A stretch of 64,000 nt of DNA from an uncultured Candidatus Poseidoniales archaeon (GTDB lineage Archaea; Thermoplasmatota; Poseidoniia; Poseidoniales; Poseidoniaceae): positions 1,849-65,848 of the forward strand of contig CAJJCQ010000013.1 in NCBI GenBank assembly GCA_905182725.1, given 5' to 3'. The notes under the pieces were generated by a model. The model was not told the DNA's origin and searched no databases. It was given only the letters and a program-made list of their open reading frames with translations. The position numbers and the translations under genes were made by a program. Position 1 is the first letter of the stretch. Each line of letters opens with the position of its first letter. Positions 1-10,028 of the stretch are shown here, in pieces.

Positions 1-35
1 TTCAACTGCTAGAGCCCCACTTGGAGGAGGAGTAA

Positions 36-524
36 ATGCGCGACCAAAAACATCGCTCTCCACTCGGCAGTGGTAATGCCGCACAACGGTTTGCTCTTGC
101 CGGGTTGGCATTAGGTGAGGCGCGTAAAAAAAATCGTGAACAAAAATGGCCAGTTGTCCTTGAAGGAAAACGTGACCGGGCCGCTTTGGAAACCCTTGGA
201 TTTGTAGGCCCGCTCGAAATACTCAACAGGGGATGGGACTTAGACCGTTTCATCACCTACTTGTACGAAAATTACGGCACCCGAAACCCCGATGGTGGGC
301 CGAGTATCTGCCTCCTGATGGATTGGGATCGAACTGGCACGAGGTTACAAAAAACGCTTACTGAACGTCTTGAAAGCCTCGATGTGAAGGTCTGCCATAT
401 CTTATACAACCAGTTGGTAAAAGCACTGAAACCAGAAACACGAGTCGTCGAATCTTTGAAGAGTTTCGATGTAGAATTGTCACCCTTCATAGAACAAGAG
501 GACCCTCTCGAATTCAACTCGTGA
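36..524 (+). CDS. Small Toprim-domain protein (RNase M5/primase-like)
   Basis: Toprim motifs VVLEGKRD and LLMDWDRTG (DxD); GGAGG Shine-Dalgarno just upstream. Confidence 0.8.
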   Translation: MRDQKHRSPLGSGNAAQRFALAGLALGEARKKNREQKWPVVLEGKRDRAALETLGFVGPLEILNRGWDLDRFITYLYENYGTRNPDGGPSICLLMDWDRTGTRLQKTLTERLESLDVKVCHILYNQLVKALKPETRVVESLKSFDVELSPFIEQEDPLEFNS

Positions 525-525
525 A

Positions 526-984
526 TTAAGATTTTGAAGGCGGTTTGGGCATACCATCTTCCTTTACCGTGTTGAGTACGACGTGTGTGAATGAACGTGA
601 TACGCCGTCAAGTGTGAAGACTGTCTTTGTAAGATTGTCGAGGTCTTCTCGGTCCTTAACTCGTGCCAGAACCATTGAATCCCATTCTCCTGTCACGTCA
701 TACACAGCAAAAACACGAGGGTCTGCGGCAATTTTAGTCTGGACATCAATCATCCTTCCTTTGACGATGCGTAGCCCTGCCATGATGGTCATCGTCCAAC
801 CCATTGATGCTGGATCTAAGATGACGCTGTAGCCTTTGATGATACCTGCCTCTTCCATTCGTCGAATTCGATTGAGGACAGTCCCTTGAGCGATTCCAAC
901 TTTGCGAGCTAACGCTCGTTGACTTGTTCGGGCATCTTCAAGCATAGCAGCCAAGAGCGCACGGTCGGTTTCATCAAGATCCAT
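526..984 (-). CDS. Lrp/AsnC family transcriptional regulator
   Basis: MDLDETDRALL..DARTSQRALARKVG..RIRRMEEAGII HTH and VTGEWD effector-domain motif; start moved to ATG 984, overlapping the end of the upstream gene. Confidence 0.92.
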   Translation of the reverse strand: MDLDETDRALLAAMLEDARTSQRALARKVGIAQGTVLNRIRRMEEAGIIKGYSVILDPASMGWTMTIMAGLRIVKGRMIDVQTKIAADPRVFAVYDVTGEWDSMVLARVKDREDLDNLTKTVFTLDGVSRSFTHVVLNTVKEDGMPKPPSKS

Positions 985-2221
985 TGGGTTCACCATTCGA
1001 TGCTTCATGTTCATTGGTTTCAACACTTTGCCCATTCTTTGTTGAAAGTTGAGGTGGAGTAGAAAGGCGAAGGTATTGAGTCCAAGTTCCAAGTTCTTCA
1101 ACTTCAAGACCCAAGGAAATTTGACAGTCAGTATCGAACCTTTCTTTGAATCGAAGTGTGAATTCGATTTCTGAATGTGGGGCGATACGTTTGGTCTTAA
1201 ATCCACCTTTGATTTGCCAAGGGGGTTCTGATTCACAGGACTTCAGCGTAACTTTTTGATTGCCTGCACGGAACGTGAAATGGGCAGCAAGGTGACCTTT
1301 GTCGGCCCACTCTGCATTCAATTTAGGCATGCCTTTTTCCCTTTTCAACGCACTACTCACTGCGCCAGAAGCGAGAACACTGGCGAAAATGAGTAAGAAC
1401 ACTGGAAGCGCTAAATGCCCTACAGTACTGTTTTCCCATCGAGTTGGAAGAGAAGTGTGGTAGAGGGCGAGTAATCGATTGGTGTCGTCACCTTCAGCTT
1501 CGCCAAAAAAGGCGAGAGTGATGTGCCAGCCGTATGGATTGGATTCCAAGTCAATACCTGCTGCAAGCAAATGTTCAGGTGGAATTTCCCATATTGTTTC
1601 AGTGGTGTTTCCTTGCATGTTTGAAAAACCAATTTCAGGCTTCATGTCACGGACTAAATGAGTCGCTTTACGCCCATGGTTGTCCGTAGCATCATCTTCA
1701 GTGATAAAGAAATAGAGTACTGTGTTTCCACTCAAATTCACCAGTGGAGTCATTTCAACTGGGAAACGTAAAAACCATTCATTGTACTCATTGCTCACAA
1801 TTTCTATCGAACCCTCTAGGGCCAGGGTTTGCTGTTCACGCGAATGCTGCTGCCCGAGAAGAAGTCCCTCATCAAGCGTAAGATTATCTCCTTGCGCCTC
1901 ATTAAACAGAGATACTGTTCCGTCTTCAAGCCCTAATTCACCCAGACGAGATTGTGCATCGTCATCCGGCCAATCAGAATTGGTTTCTTCACTCCATTTC
2001 CACCAAGAAAGAAGCACCATGTCCGGACTGTTTCGGACCTCATAAGGTCCATTTTGAGGGAGGAAGTTCTCGTAGATTACTGTTTCAGAACTGCTTTGTT
2101 CAGGAAGAGGTTTCGAAGCGACAAGATTCCATTCTCCACTCTCTTCAGGAGAGGCGAAGGGTACTGCAATGATACTCAAGAACACAAAAATGAGGAACAC
2201 TTGAGTTCGCATGAGATTCAC
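974..2221 (-). CDS. Hypothetical secreted/membrane protein
   Basis: 415-aa ORF with signal-peptide-like N-terminus and one internal TM segment; ATGA overlap with the upstream methyltransferase. Confidence 0.75.
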   Translation of the reverse strand: MNLMRTQVFLIFVFLSIIAVPFASPEESGEWNLVASKPLPEQSSSETVIYENFLPQNGPYEVRNSPDMVLLSWWKWSEETNSDWPDDDAQSRLGELGLEDGTVSLFNEAQGDNLTLDEGLLLGQQHSREQQTLALEGSIEIVSNEYNEWFLRFPVEMTPLVNLSGNTVLYFFITEDDATDNHGRKATHLVRDMKPEIGFSNMQGNTTETIWEIPPEHLLAAGIDLESNPYGWHITLAFFGEAEGDDTNRLLALYHTSLPTRWENSTVGHLALPVFLLIFASVLASGAVSSALKREKGMPKLNAEWADKGHLAAHFTFRAGNQKVTLKSCESEPPWQIKGGFKTKRIAPHSEIEFTLRFKERFDTDCQISLGLEVEELGTWTQYLRLSTPPQLSTKNGQSVETNEHEASNGEPNGS

Positions 2222-4008
2222 TCTTCCTCATCATCGGCTTGGAAAGGCATATCAAGTTTGAGCCGTAGAATATCTCTGCCTTTTTCATCCATCATCAAGG
2301 TCAAACGCGCACCAGCCCATGCTGAGACCAGAGCCTCTCCACTTGGTAACTGGCAGGAAAGCAAGAGGGGGCCATCAACTTCAATGGGTTCAAATTCACT
2401 GTTATACTGTTCGATCATTGGAGCCCAACCTTTCAGCAATCGAGCTAATATTTCAGTTGAGATACTCTGTTTCGATTCGGTAATCAGTGATTGAAGTGCT
2501 GGAACTGCTTCCTGGCGAGACCGCCAAGCATCTCGCTTCTTGGTAAAAGCCGGTAAACCGACATGGATCAATTTGAGTGGGTGAAAGGTCCCTTCAGGCC
2601 ATAAATTACCTCGCTTATTTGGGCATTTTTGATTGAAAATACGCTCTTCAACCATTTTTGGAGCGATGTTCAAGCGCTTACCTCGAGTCCACCAAGACAG
2701 GTCTTTCCCGTCCAAACCATACCTCGTTTTTGCTTCGTCAATCGTTTCGGGATTTGCAGCATAAATCGTATGGCGGTTGGTTTGAGGTTGGTCAAGAACC
2801 AAAGGCACCCATTCCGAATGAAGAGAAGATTTTCGATTTCGGATGAATGATTTCGCAATCCCTTCCGGAGTTGCTTCTGGTCGATGGCGGAACAGAGCGA
2901 CAAAAAAGCCGCCTGTGTCGTTATCATGGTGAACAAGACGTCGGCATTTCGCAAGTTCTGATTGGATGCGAACTTCAGTATCTTCATCGATTTCTTCATC
3001 CAGTAATTCATTCCAATGAAGCCGAGCCGCAGGACTCATGTGAGCAGGTTGGAGAAATGTGGTTTGGGCAACTTCGGCGCCTCTTGGAAGTGGTTCTCCC
3101 TTTTCATCAAGCGAATCCCAGTCGGTAAGTCCCGGGCGGAGTTTCAAACCCGGTAGTTTTGATTCATCAATATCGACGAGTTCTAAATACGGTAACTTAC
3201 GCAATAATTGAGCAACCACCGCCTCATTTTCGCACGGATCGATGCTGCAAGTCGAATAGGCTAATTTCCCACCAGGCCGTAAAAGACTGGCCCCTCTTAC
3301 AGTGATTTCAACTTGTAAACGGAACAATGTACGACTTTCTTTCGGCGACCACTTCCACCATACATTTCTGTTTTTTCGAGTTGTTGCTGAACCTGTACAA
3401 GGGACATCGGCAACAACTCCATCGTAACCAGGTGGAGGGATTCGGCCGATATGTCGGCCATCTTGTTGATTGATGAGCATGTTTGCTGTCGAGAGGCGAC
3501 CTCTGTTTGAGACGAGCATGTTGACTCGCCCTGATATTGGTTCGTTGGCAACAACAACACCACTTGGCGCTATTGCTTCAGCAACTTGAGTTGCTTTGGA
3601 GCCTGGTGCCGCACATAAGTCTAATATCAATTCGCCAGGTTGAGGGTCAAGAACAACAACAGGAAGCATACTTGCTGCTTCTTGGCGTGTAATTCGACCT
3701 GATTCGTGAAGTAAACTTAGAATATACTTACTCCGTTCGTCAGGAGCTTGGCCACGTGCAAAGGGCATTTGCCAAGCAAAACCGTCTTCGGCCCAAGGAA
3801 GAGGTTGCCCCCCTAATTCACGAAGTTGCGCTTCTGTCCATGCTTTATCATGCCGAGCGCGCGTGACTCGGAGCGTTTCGGGGAGTGAAGTTGTCGCTGA
3901 TTGAATCCAAGAATCTAAGTCGTAACCTAAGTTCTTGGCAAGATTTGCTAAAGGCGTATCGCGTGCTACAACCAGCAAATCTTGCTCTTGCCATTGGTCG
4001 CGGCCCAT
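2218..4008 (-). CDS. RsmB/NOP2/NSUN family RNA m5C methyltransferase (Trm4/NSUN2-like)
   Basis: RQEAASM, LDLCAAPGSK, DVPCTG, YSTCS and TGGFFVA motifs. Confidence 0.92.
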   Translation of the reverse strand: MGRDQWQEQDLLVVARDTPLANLAKNLGYDLDSWIQSATTSLPETLRVTRARHDKAWTEAQLRELGGQPLPWAEDGFAWQMPFARGQAPDERSKYILSLLHESGRITRQEAASMLPVVVLDPQPGELILDLCAAPGSKATQVAEAIAPSGVVVANEPISGRVNMLVSNRGRLSTANMLINQQDGRHIGRIPPPGYDGVVADVPCTGSATTRKNRNVWWKWSPKESRTLFRLQVEITVRGASLLRPGGKLAYSTCSIDPCENEAVVAQLLRKLPYLELVDIDESKLPGLKLRPGLTDWDSLDEKGEPLPRGAEVAQTTFLQPAHMSPAARLHWNELLDEEIDEDTEVRIQSELAKCRRLVHHDNDTGGFFVALFRHRPEATPEGIAKSFIRNRKSSLHSEWVPLVLDQPQTNRHTIYAANPETIDEAKTRYGLDGKDLSWWTRGKRLNIAPKMVEERIFNQKCPNKRGNLWPEGTFHPLKLIHVGLPAFTKKRDAWRSRQEAVPALQSLITESKQSISTEILARLLKGWAPMIEQYNSEFEPIEVDGPLLLSCQLPSGEALVSAWAGARLTLMMDEKGRDILRLKLDMPFQADDEEE

Positions 4009-4079
4009 GTGTGTGGGTCTTGGCTCCTCTCTATCTTGCTTCCGCCATCCTCAAGGGCTTTGCACCCCACGGCTCAAAC

Positions 4080-5459
4080 ATGTTGGGGGATACATTGCCG
4101 TGGTTTTTGCCGCTGTTCGTGTTCGGTCTCTTCGCATGGATTTTCTATGAGGCAATAGAGAAATATGCAAAAAAGAAGAATACTTCTTTTTGGTTGGGAG
4201 CAATTTTGGCTATTCGGTGGTTGCCCCCAGTTCAATTGTTACTGATGTTAATTGTTCGACTCATTGCTCTAATTCAGCGTGACCTCACCCATATCGAGAT
4301 TGCGCAATACATGGGCCCGGGTGATTTTTCACTCAGTGATTTGAAATTAATAATGACTGGAGATGGTGGCTTTGAATCCGTAGTTCTGGTGATTCTTTTG
4401 TTCGCCTTGCTTTCTGAACGCTTGCCAAGTATAGCGAATGCACGAAGCGATTTACGGCAGGATTTCCGAAACCGGATGATGATGTTTACCGGATTGGTTC
4501 TCCTACTTTTCTCGACAACTCTTTTCCCAGAAACATCGTATTATTCTGCAAATACGTTACCTCTCAATCCAATCGGAACGATTCCTTCTTGGGATACACT
4601 TGCTCCAGTTCTTCTCTTTACGGGATTAACGATGTTTGGGGGAGAACTTTTTGCAGTTTCAACGTTGTTTTTTGCTGGAGAGAATTTTCAAACGCTCGCC
4701 CGTAGAGCTCGAAACAAAGTACTGATCTTGGCCTTGACAACAATTGTTTGGCTTTCATTGACGCTTGATATCCAAGATGATTGGTTGCAAAAAGTTCCGG
4801 AGATAGGTCTTCTTTTGCCACTGACCCTTATGCTTCACTTAGGTGTGTGCTTAGCCATCGTCATCCAACCAGCAGTCCGAATCGAGTCCGAACTCAATCA
4901 CGGAGAAGGGCGGAGTTGGGCGATGATGATTTTAGCTGCGACAATGGCTCTTTTTGTCCTTGTTCTAACACCGCTCCATCTTGATGAAATTGGTGTTTTT
5001 GGCACTGGTCTAGGACCTTATGTGTATGGTTTTTGGGTGGCGGCAGTCGCTGTATCAGTCATGATGTTGGTACAATTTCTACCCGCACTTGGGTTCGACG
5101 CAGCCCCTCGCCCCGAAATCTGGTGGATGAAAATGACGCTTGTTTTCTCTCCAATCATTCTTTGCATGTTTACGCCGTTCGCTCTCTTTTTAATTCCAGC
5201 AATTTGGCTTGCTTTACCTTGGTCTTCTCTAACTCCGTGGTTCATCGAACGAGATGTGCCTTCACCTTCTGCTTCGTTCGTATTGTACCCGGTTCTTTTC
5301 ATCACTGCCATGTGTGCAATACTTCCCTTTTCATCGGATGAACCGTTCCTTACATCGCTTTGGTTCGGATGGATTCCTGGCGCAATGGCAACCATTGGGC
5401 TTACGCTCCATATCAAGCATAATGACAAGGAGTCTGGAAACAATTCGGAAGATGAATGA
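4080..5459 (+). CDS. Polytopic integral membrane protein, unknown function
   Basis: More than 10 hydrophobic segments; start moved to ATG 4080 to remove the overlap with the divergent gene. Confidence 0.75.
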   Translation: MLGDTLPWFLPLFVFGLFAWIFYEAIEKYAKKKNTSFWLGAILAIRWLPPVQLLLMLIVRLIALIQRDLTHIEIAQYMGPGDFSLSDLKLIMTGDGGFESVVLVILLFALLSERLPSIANARSDLRQDFRNRMMMFTGLVLLLFSTTLFPETSYYSANTLPLNPIGTIPSWDTLAPVLLFTGLTMFGGELFAVSTLFFAGENFQTLARRARNKVLILALTTIVWLSLTLDIQDDWLQKVPEIGLLLPLTLMLHLGVCLAIVIQPAVRIESELNHGEGRSWAMMILAATMALFVLVLTPLHLDEIGVFGTGLGPYVYGFWVAAVAVSVMMLVQFLPALGFDAAPRPEIWWMKMTLVFSPIILCMFTPFALFLIPAIWLALPWSSLTPWFIERDVPSPSASFVLYPVLFITAMCAILPFSSDEPFLTSLWFGWIPGAMATIGLTLHIKHNDKESGNNSEDE

Positions 5460-5478
5460 AAGCACTACGCCCTCAATT

Positions 5479-5817
5479 CTATTCTTCACTCAATTCCGAT
5501 TCAAGTACGGCTGCTTCTAATTCCGCCCATGCAGAACTTACGCTTCCATCTTTTACCGTCGTTTCGATTTCACTTCGTACTCGTTCAGACAACATATCGT
5601 CGTCTTCATCGGGGAAGAAATGGGACATTAGACCACTTTCTGAACGAAGAGATTTTGACAGTATGACCAATAAAAGACCGATAAGAGGGAAGAGCCATCC
5701 TAAACTCATCGTTTCAAGATTCATTCGGCCTTGAACAAAACCAAAACCAGTGATAAGAAAACAACCAATTCCAGTACCGAGCAAAAGCGACGTTGCTGCA
5801 TCGGATGGGTTGCTCAT
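5479..5817 (-). CDS. Small 2-TM hypothetical protein
   Basis: Two TM segments and an acidic tail; fills the gap between convergent genes. Confidence 0.7.
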   Translation of the reverse strand: MSNPSDAATSLLLGTGIGCFLITGFGFVQGRMNLETMSLGWLFPLIGLLLVILSKSLRSESGLMSHFFPDEDDDMLSERVRSEIETTVKDGSVSSAWAELEAAVLESELSEE

Positions 5818-5865
5818 AGACCTGCCTAGAGGAACAAGGCAATGAACCCAACGGCAAGCAAGGGC

Positions 5866-6447
5866 TCAGTAGGTTTCTCGCATCAACTTGTGAATTTTGT
5901 AGGGGAGTAATGCCCGATTCACTGGTGTAACTTCGAGAATACGGCCATCGTCACGACGGCGGATATCTTGTAACAAAGGGTGGCGGCTTTTCTTGTGAAG
6001 TGTCAACAATGTTGGCTTGTCAACTTCAAGAGCGCTACGAACAATGTTAACGAATGCTTCACTTTCTACAGCAAACTTTCCGATCTCATCAATGACCAAC
6101 ACTTCACATTCGTCACGAGCAAATTCAATTGCGGGGATAGCAATTCGTTCCAGAGCTTCTGTATCAATTCCATATCCGAGAACACGAAGGCGCGAATCGA
6201 TGTTTTTGTGAGCCATAATTGCATTTTCACCGGTAACGATGTTGAATACGCTGTATCCGAGACGCTCGCTACCGTCTAAAATAGGCTCAGTTCGCATGCC
6301 ACCAATGATTGGTGCCTCGGTTAAGCTTCCTCGCATCTTGATTTCGCGTGTTCGCTCATCTTGAAGCATTTCGAGGACTTTTTCCATAACGGCAGATTTG
6401 CCGCTACGAGGTAAGCCGGTTATGCCAATCTTTGGATGAATTCCCAT
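5866..6447 (-). CDS. NTPase (NTPase_1/THEP1 family)
   Basis: Walker A GLPRSGKS, Walker B VIDEIGK, C-terminal VTPVNR; GGTGA SD. Confidence 0.92.
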   Translation of the reverse strand: MGIHPKIGITGLPRSGKSAVMEKVLEMLQDERTREIKMRGSLTEAPIIGGMRTEPILDGSERLGYSVFNIVTGENAIMAHKNIDSRLRVLGYGIDTEALERIAIPAIEFARDECEVLVIDEIGKFAVESEAFVNIVRSALEVDKPTLLTLHKKSRHPLLQDIRRRDDGRILEVTPVNRALLPYKIHKLMRETY

Positions 6448-6570
6448 TTAACTCACCACGATTAATCGCTAACGGTCAATGCAGTGGCTTATCAGTAATA
6501 AATGATGTTGCACTCCATTGCAGTCCTGTCGGATTGCATTACCGAAAGAAGTAGGCCGTAGTTTGCTTGA

Positions 6571-8565
6571 TTACTGAATTGAAAGCACCAATTCCGGCAT
6601 TTCAGATGTAGTTTCCACGGGGAGCATTTCTAGTTCGTAATTATTGACGTTATTATTGGCGGACCAAGCACGAGCCCATTCGTCAAGATCTTTCGCATTC
6701 AATAATTCACACATCCAGTGAAGGGCTTTCTCCAGTGTACCATGATTCCCGATAAGGCGTTCTTGAATCTCAGTATGGAGTTCAATATGGTTCACACTGT
6801 TTCCGAGCACGCATCCTGCTGGAATAACTGCCCAGCGAAGACGGCGTTCTTGGTGAGCATTCACAATGGCCTGACAAGCAAGTCGCGGACCGTATTTCGG
6901 TTCAGCACTTCCGCACCACATGGCGAGTTGGCGCTCATTGGCCCTTGATGGGATGTCGGTTCGGAAAGCTGGATGGCGGACAAAGACTTGACCGTCTTCA
7001 TCTTCAGAAAAGTGCACTCCACGGATAAATGGTCGTGAACCTCGTCCTTTGACCCATGTTTCAATCGACTTTGAGTGTGCAGTTTGATCGATTTCGCCGA
7101 CTCGCACACGAATGGTGTGCCCGTTGGTCGCAATAGCGTGTTGCTGTTCTCCCATTCGAGGTAAGCTCGCGAGATGGTCGAGAATTTGGAGGGTTTGTTT
7201 GCGCTCGACGCGGTCCCGTGGCAAACGGGGAATAGCCCATGTATCTTTAGCCCAAGCAACCCAACGTTCTTTTTCCATCTCAAAAGAGGGAACTCGGTTT
7301 GAAAGACCACTTTGGTCACGACGTAAATCGGCGCGACTAATTGGGCCATGGATGACGAGTTTCTCTGTTTCTTGTTTCGCAGTGATGCCGAGCACTGCAA
7401 CACCCTGTGTCATTCCCGGGAACAAATGGTTGGCTTCTTCGATAGCCCAAATCTCGCTCCATCCGTGGCCTTCTACGAGCAGTTGACGAAGTGGGTGGGA
7501 TGATTGTTCTCGAAGGATACTGTCGGGGGCGATTAAGCGCAAACGGCCGCCTTGTTCCAAAATTTGCAATCCTCGTTCAATGAATAATCGATAGAGGTTG
7601 ACGTTTCCTCGCATTGTCGAGAAACGTGGAACACCATTGTCGGAAAGGGCCCGCAACTGTTCACCGAGTTCTCGGCGAAGTTTACTTCCTTCTTCCATTC
7701 CGCGGAACCGGTCTTTGATTCTCAACCAAGGCGGATTGGTAACGATGAGTCGTGGAGATTCTGCCCAAGGCCAACCACCTTGCAAAGTATCACCTTGGCG
7801 AACTGCCTGTTCAAGTAATTGTTCAGCTTCTTTTCGTGGAAGGCATCCAGGTTTGTTCGATTTCAAACTTACCAAATCAAAACGAATACACTCGAGTAAC
7901 AAGCGTTGTCGTGTTGAAGATACGACTAATTCGTCATTATCGAGTAATTGGAACGAAGAAAGAAGGGCTTTGGTATCCGCGACCTTTCGTTCGATGGTGC
8001 TGTCACTGTGATTTTCTGCGTGACGTCGGATCAATCGTGCGTGGAAGATTCCACCACCGCATGAAGTATCTGCGACTGGAAGGGGGATGCCACTGAGCGT
8101 TCGAAGACCGAGCTCAACTCGTTCAAATTCAGATTCATCATCGACTTCAGGTTCTTGGGAGAGTTGAGGCAGGTTGAGTTTTTCGAGATGTTGCCGGAAA
8201 CCCGGCGGGAGGTTGTTGAGGTGCATTGAAGATGTTTGAGTCGGTGCTTTTGGACGCGTCAAGCTTTCCAATAATTCAGAAGCGATGACTGCATCTGCCA
8301 GACGCGGAGGAGTAGGGTGTGCGCCACGAGGAGAGCGCCCATCAGCCTCTGCGTCATGCCGAGCCAAAAGGTGATCAAGAACATGACCGGGGTCGGTCAA
8401 GAGATTCGCAGGAAGTGTTGGCCAATCTTCTGGAAGAAGAGCAGCAATTGGTTGGTGGACAAGAAGGGATTGCTCCCACGCAGCAAGCCAAATATGAATT
8501 TGTTCGGTACGATCTCCGAGACATCGGTCTAGTCGTGCATACCATCCGCTTACTCCGCTCTGCAT
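6571..8565 (-). CDS. Amino-DNA methyltransferase, gamma class (Eco57I/TaqI-like), no adjacent nuclease
   Basis: Motif X (HPTP), motif I-like DTSCGGG, motif IV TNPPW, NLYRLFIERG..L..GGRL..I.P, LFPG; C-terminal specificity-like region. Confidence 0.82.
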   Translation of the reverse strand: MQSGVSGWYARLDRCLGDRTEQIHIWLAAWEQSLLVHQPIAALLPEDWPTLPANLLTDPGHVLDHLLARHDAEADGRSPRGAHPTPPRLADAVIASELLESLTRPKAPTQTSSMHLNNLPPGFRQHLEKLNLPQLSQEPEVDDESEFERVELGLRTLSGIPLPVADTSCGGGIFHARLIRRHAENHSDSTIERKVADTKALLSSFQLLDNDELVVSSTRQRLLLECIRFDLVSLKSNKPGCLPRKEAEQLLEQAVRQGDTLQGGWPWAESPRLIVTNPPWLRIKDRFRGMEEGSKLRRELGEQLRALSDNGVPRFSTMRGNVNLYRLFIERGLQILEQGGRLRLIAPDSILREQSSHPLRQLLVEGHGWSEIWAIEEANHLFPGMTQGVAVLGITAKQETEKLVIHGPISRADLRRDQSGLSNRVPSFEMEKERWVAWAKDTWAIPRLPRDRVERKQTLQILDHLASLPRMGEQQHAIATNGHTIRVRVGEIDQTAHSKSIETWVKGRGSRPFIRGVHFSEDEDGQVFVRHPAFRTDIPSRANERQLAMWCGSAEPKYGPRLACQAIVNAHQERRLRWAVIPAGCVLGNSVNHIELHTEIQERLIGNHGTLEKALHWMCELLNAKDLDEWARAWSANNNVNNYELEMLPVETTSEMPELVLSIQ

Positions 8566-8653
8566 TCACCCCACCCAAACCAGCGGGCTGGCTTTTCCGG
8601 TTTGAATGTGACCCTTGTTTCAAGGGTCTGAAAAAAGCCAAAAAGCGGGTTTT

Positions 8654-9088
8654 TCAAAGAAGTCCCAAGTGTAAAAAACTCTCATTATGCCACTCCCAAC
8701 CTGTTTTAATCCATTCAAACAAAGCCGAGAGCTCTTTTTTGTGAACTCCTGCTGCTTTGGCGAGCGTTTTGATAACTTTCAACTCCGATTCATCGTATTC
8801 GCCATCGACTGCCGCAACAAGGATTGCATCCCGTAAAGCAATCTTCAGTACCACGGGGTTTAATTTCGAAATGACCAAGTCAAGTGATGGGGGGTTCTCA
8901 AGTAAATTACGAACATCTACTCTCATTTCAGGATGCATCATACATCGGCCCATGAGTGCTTCGATAATTGCAAGTTCTTCCTTGACAAGAGCGCCGTCTG
9001 CCGAAGCTACAATGACCATAATTTCAGCGTACCCTTTGACATCTTCTTGAGCGAAATCCACTGCAAGATCGAGATACACGGGGTTCAC
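8654..9088 (-). CDS. TerB family protein
   Basis: VASADG..KEE and AAVDGEY..SE motifs; GTG start overlapping the upstream stop (GTGA). Confidence 0.82.
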   Translation of the reverse strand: MNPVYLDLAVDFAQEDVKGYAEIMVIVASADGALVKEELAIIEALMGRCMMHPEMRVDVRNLLENPPSLDLVISKLNPVVLKIALRDAILVAAVDGEYDESELKVIKTLAKAAGVHKKELSALFEWIKTGWEWHNESFLHLGLL

Positions 9089-9516
9089 TCCGATATCTCG
9101 TTGAGGATATCGTATCCTTCTTGCATCCAACGGTAGCCTTTCGCAGTCCACTTGAGCAGATGTTCTACAGAATCTGGGGCGAGTCCGAAATGTTCGACAA
9201 TCGACTCCAATACTTCGCGCTCATCATCATCAACAGTACCATCAGCAGCAGCCATTAAAGTTGCATCTCGCAAAGCGAGTCGTCCAGTTTCTTCACCCAT
9301 TGCAGAAAGACACTCTTCTAATGAGGGCGGAGACTTCAAAGCATTACGAATCATTTTTCTTTGAGGTGGAGAGAGGAGAGCTGTGCCAAGTCGTTGCTCA
9401 AACATAGCCATCTCATCAACGGTTAATTCATTGTCAACCCTTGCCATAAATGCAAGTAAACGCGCATAAGCAAAACGTTCTTCTCGAGGGAGTTTGTGTA
9501 CTGTGTCCGGTAGCAT
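9085..9516 (-). CDS. TerB family protein
   Basis: ARVDNELTVDE and AAADGTVDDDE motifs; paralog of the downstream gene. Confidence 0.82.
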   Translation of the reverse strand: MLPDTVHKLPREERFAYARLLAFMARVDNELTVDEMAMFEQRLGTALLSPPQRKMIRNALKSPPSLEECLSAMGEETGRLALRDATLMAAADGTVDDDEREVLESIVEHFGLAPDSVEHLLKWTAKGYRWMQEGYDILNEISE

Positions 9517-9664
9517 TACACCTGCGTATTCGACTTAGACTTAGAACCCAACGCTGATTCTTCGTCTTGTAAAGTGATTCTTAACTGGGAAATGGTCGGC
9601 CAAAGAGTGCTCTTTGACAATTCTAAAGGCAAGACTTGATGGCAGAGGGGTCCCTGCTAGTGCC

Positions 9665-10027
9665 ATGGATGAAAGCCTCAATGTTCTGGGAGAGCCGCTC
9701 GACACCTGCTCCTGTGCACCAATGACTGGTTGGTATCGGGACGGGAAATGTAACACTGACTCAAATGATAGAGGCTCCCATACCGTTTGTTGCGTGGTTA
9801 CTGAAGAATTTCTAAATTATGCTTTGTCAAAGGGGAATGATCTGATCACTCCAATGCCTATGCATGGATTCCCGGGACTCAAACCTGGAGATTCGTGGTG
9901 TGTTTGTGCACAAACATGGCTCGATGCGGTTAATGCAGGAACTGCATGCCCTATCGACATGGAATCTACGCATCAAAAGGCGTTGGAAATTATTCCATTC
10001 GACCTTATCGAGACGCACGCTGTATGA
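9665..10027 (+). CDS. DUF2237 family protein
   Basis: NVLGEPL..C..PMTGWYRDG.C, HTVC, GNDL, FPGLKPGD.WCVC, STH signature. Confidence 0.9.
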   Translation: MDESLNVLGEPLDTCSCAPMTGWYRDGKCNTDSNDRGSHTVCCVVTEEFLNYALSKGNDLITPMPMHGFPGLKPGDSWCVCAQTWLDAVNAGTACPIDMESTHQKALEIIPFDLIETHAV

Positions 10028-10028
10028 T

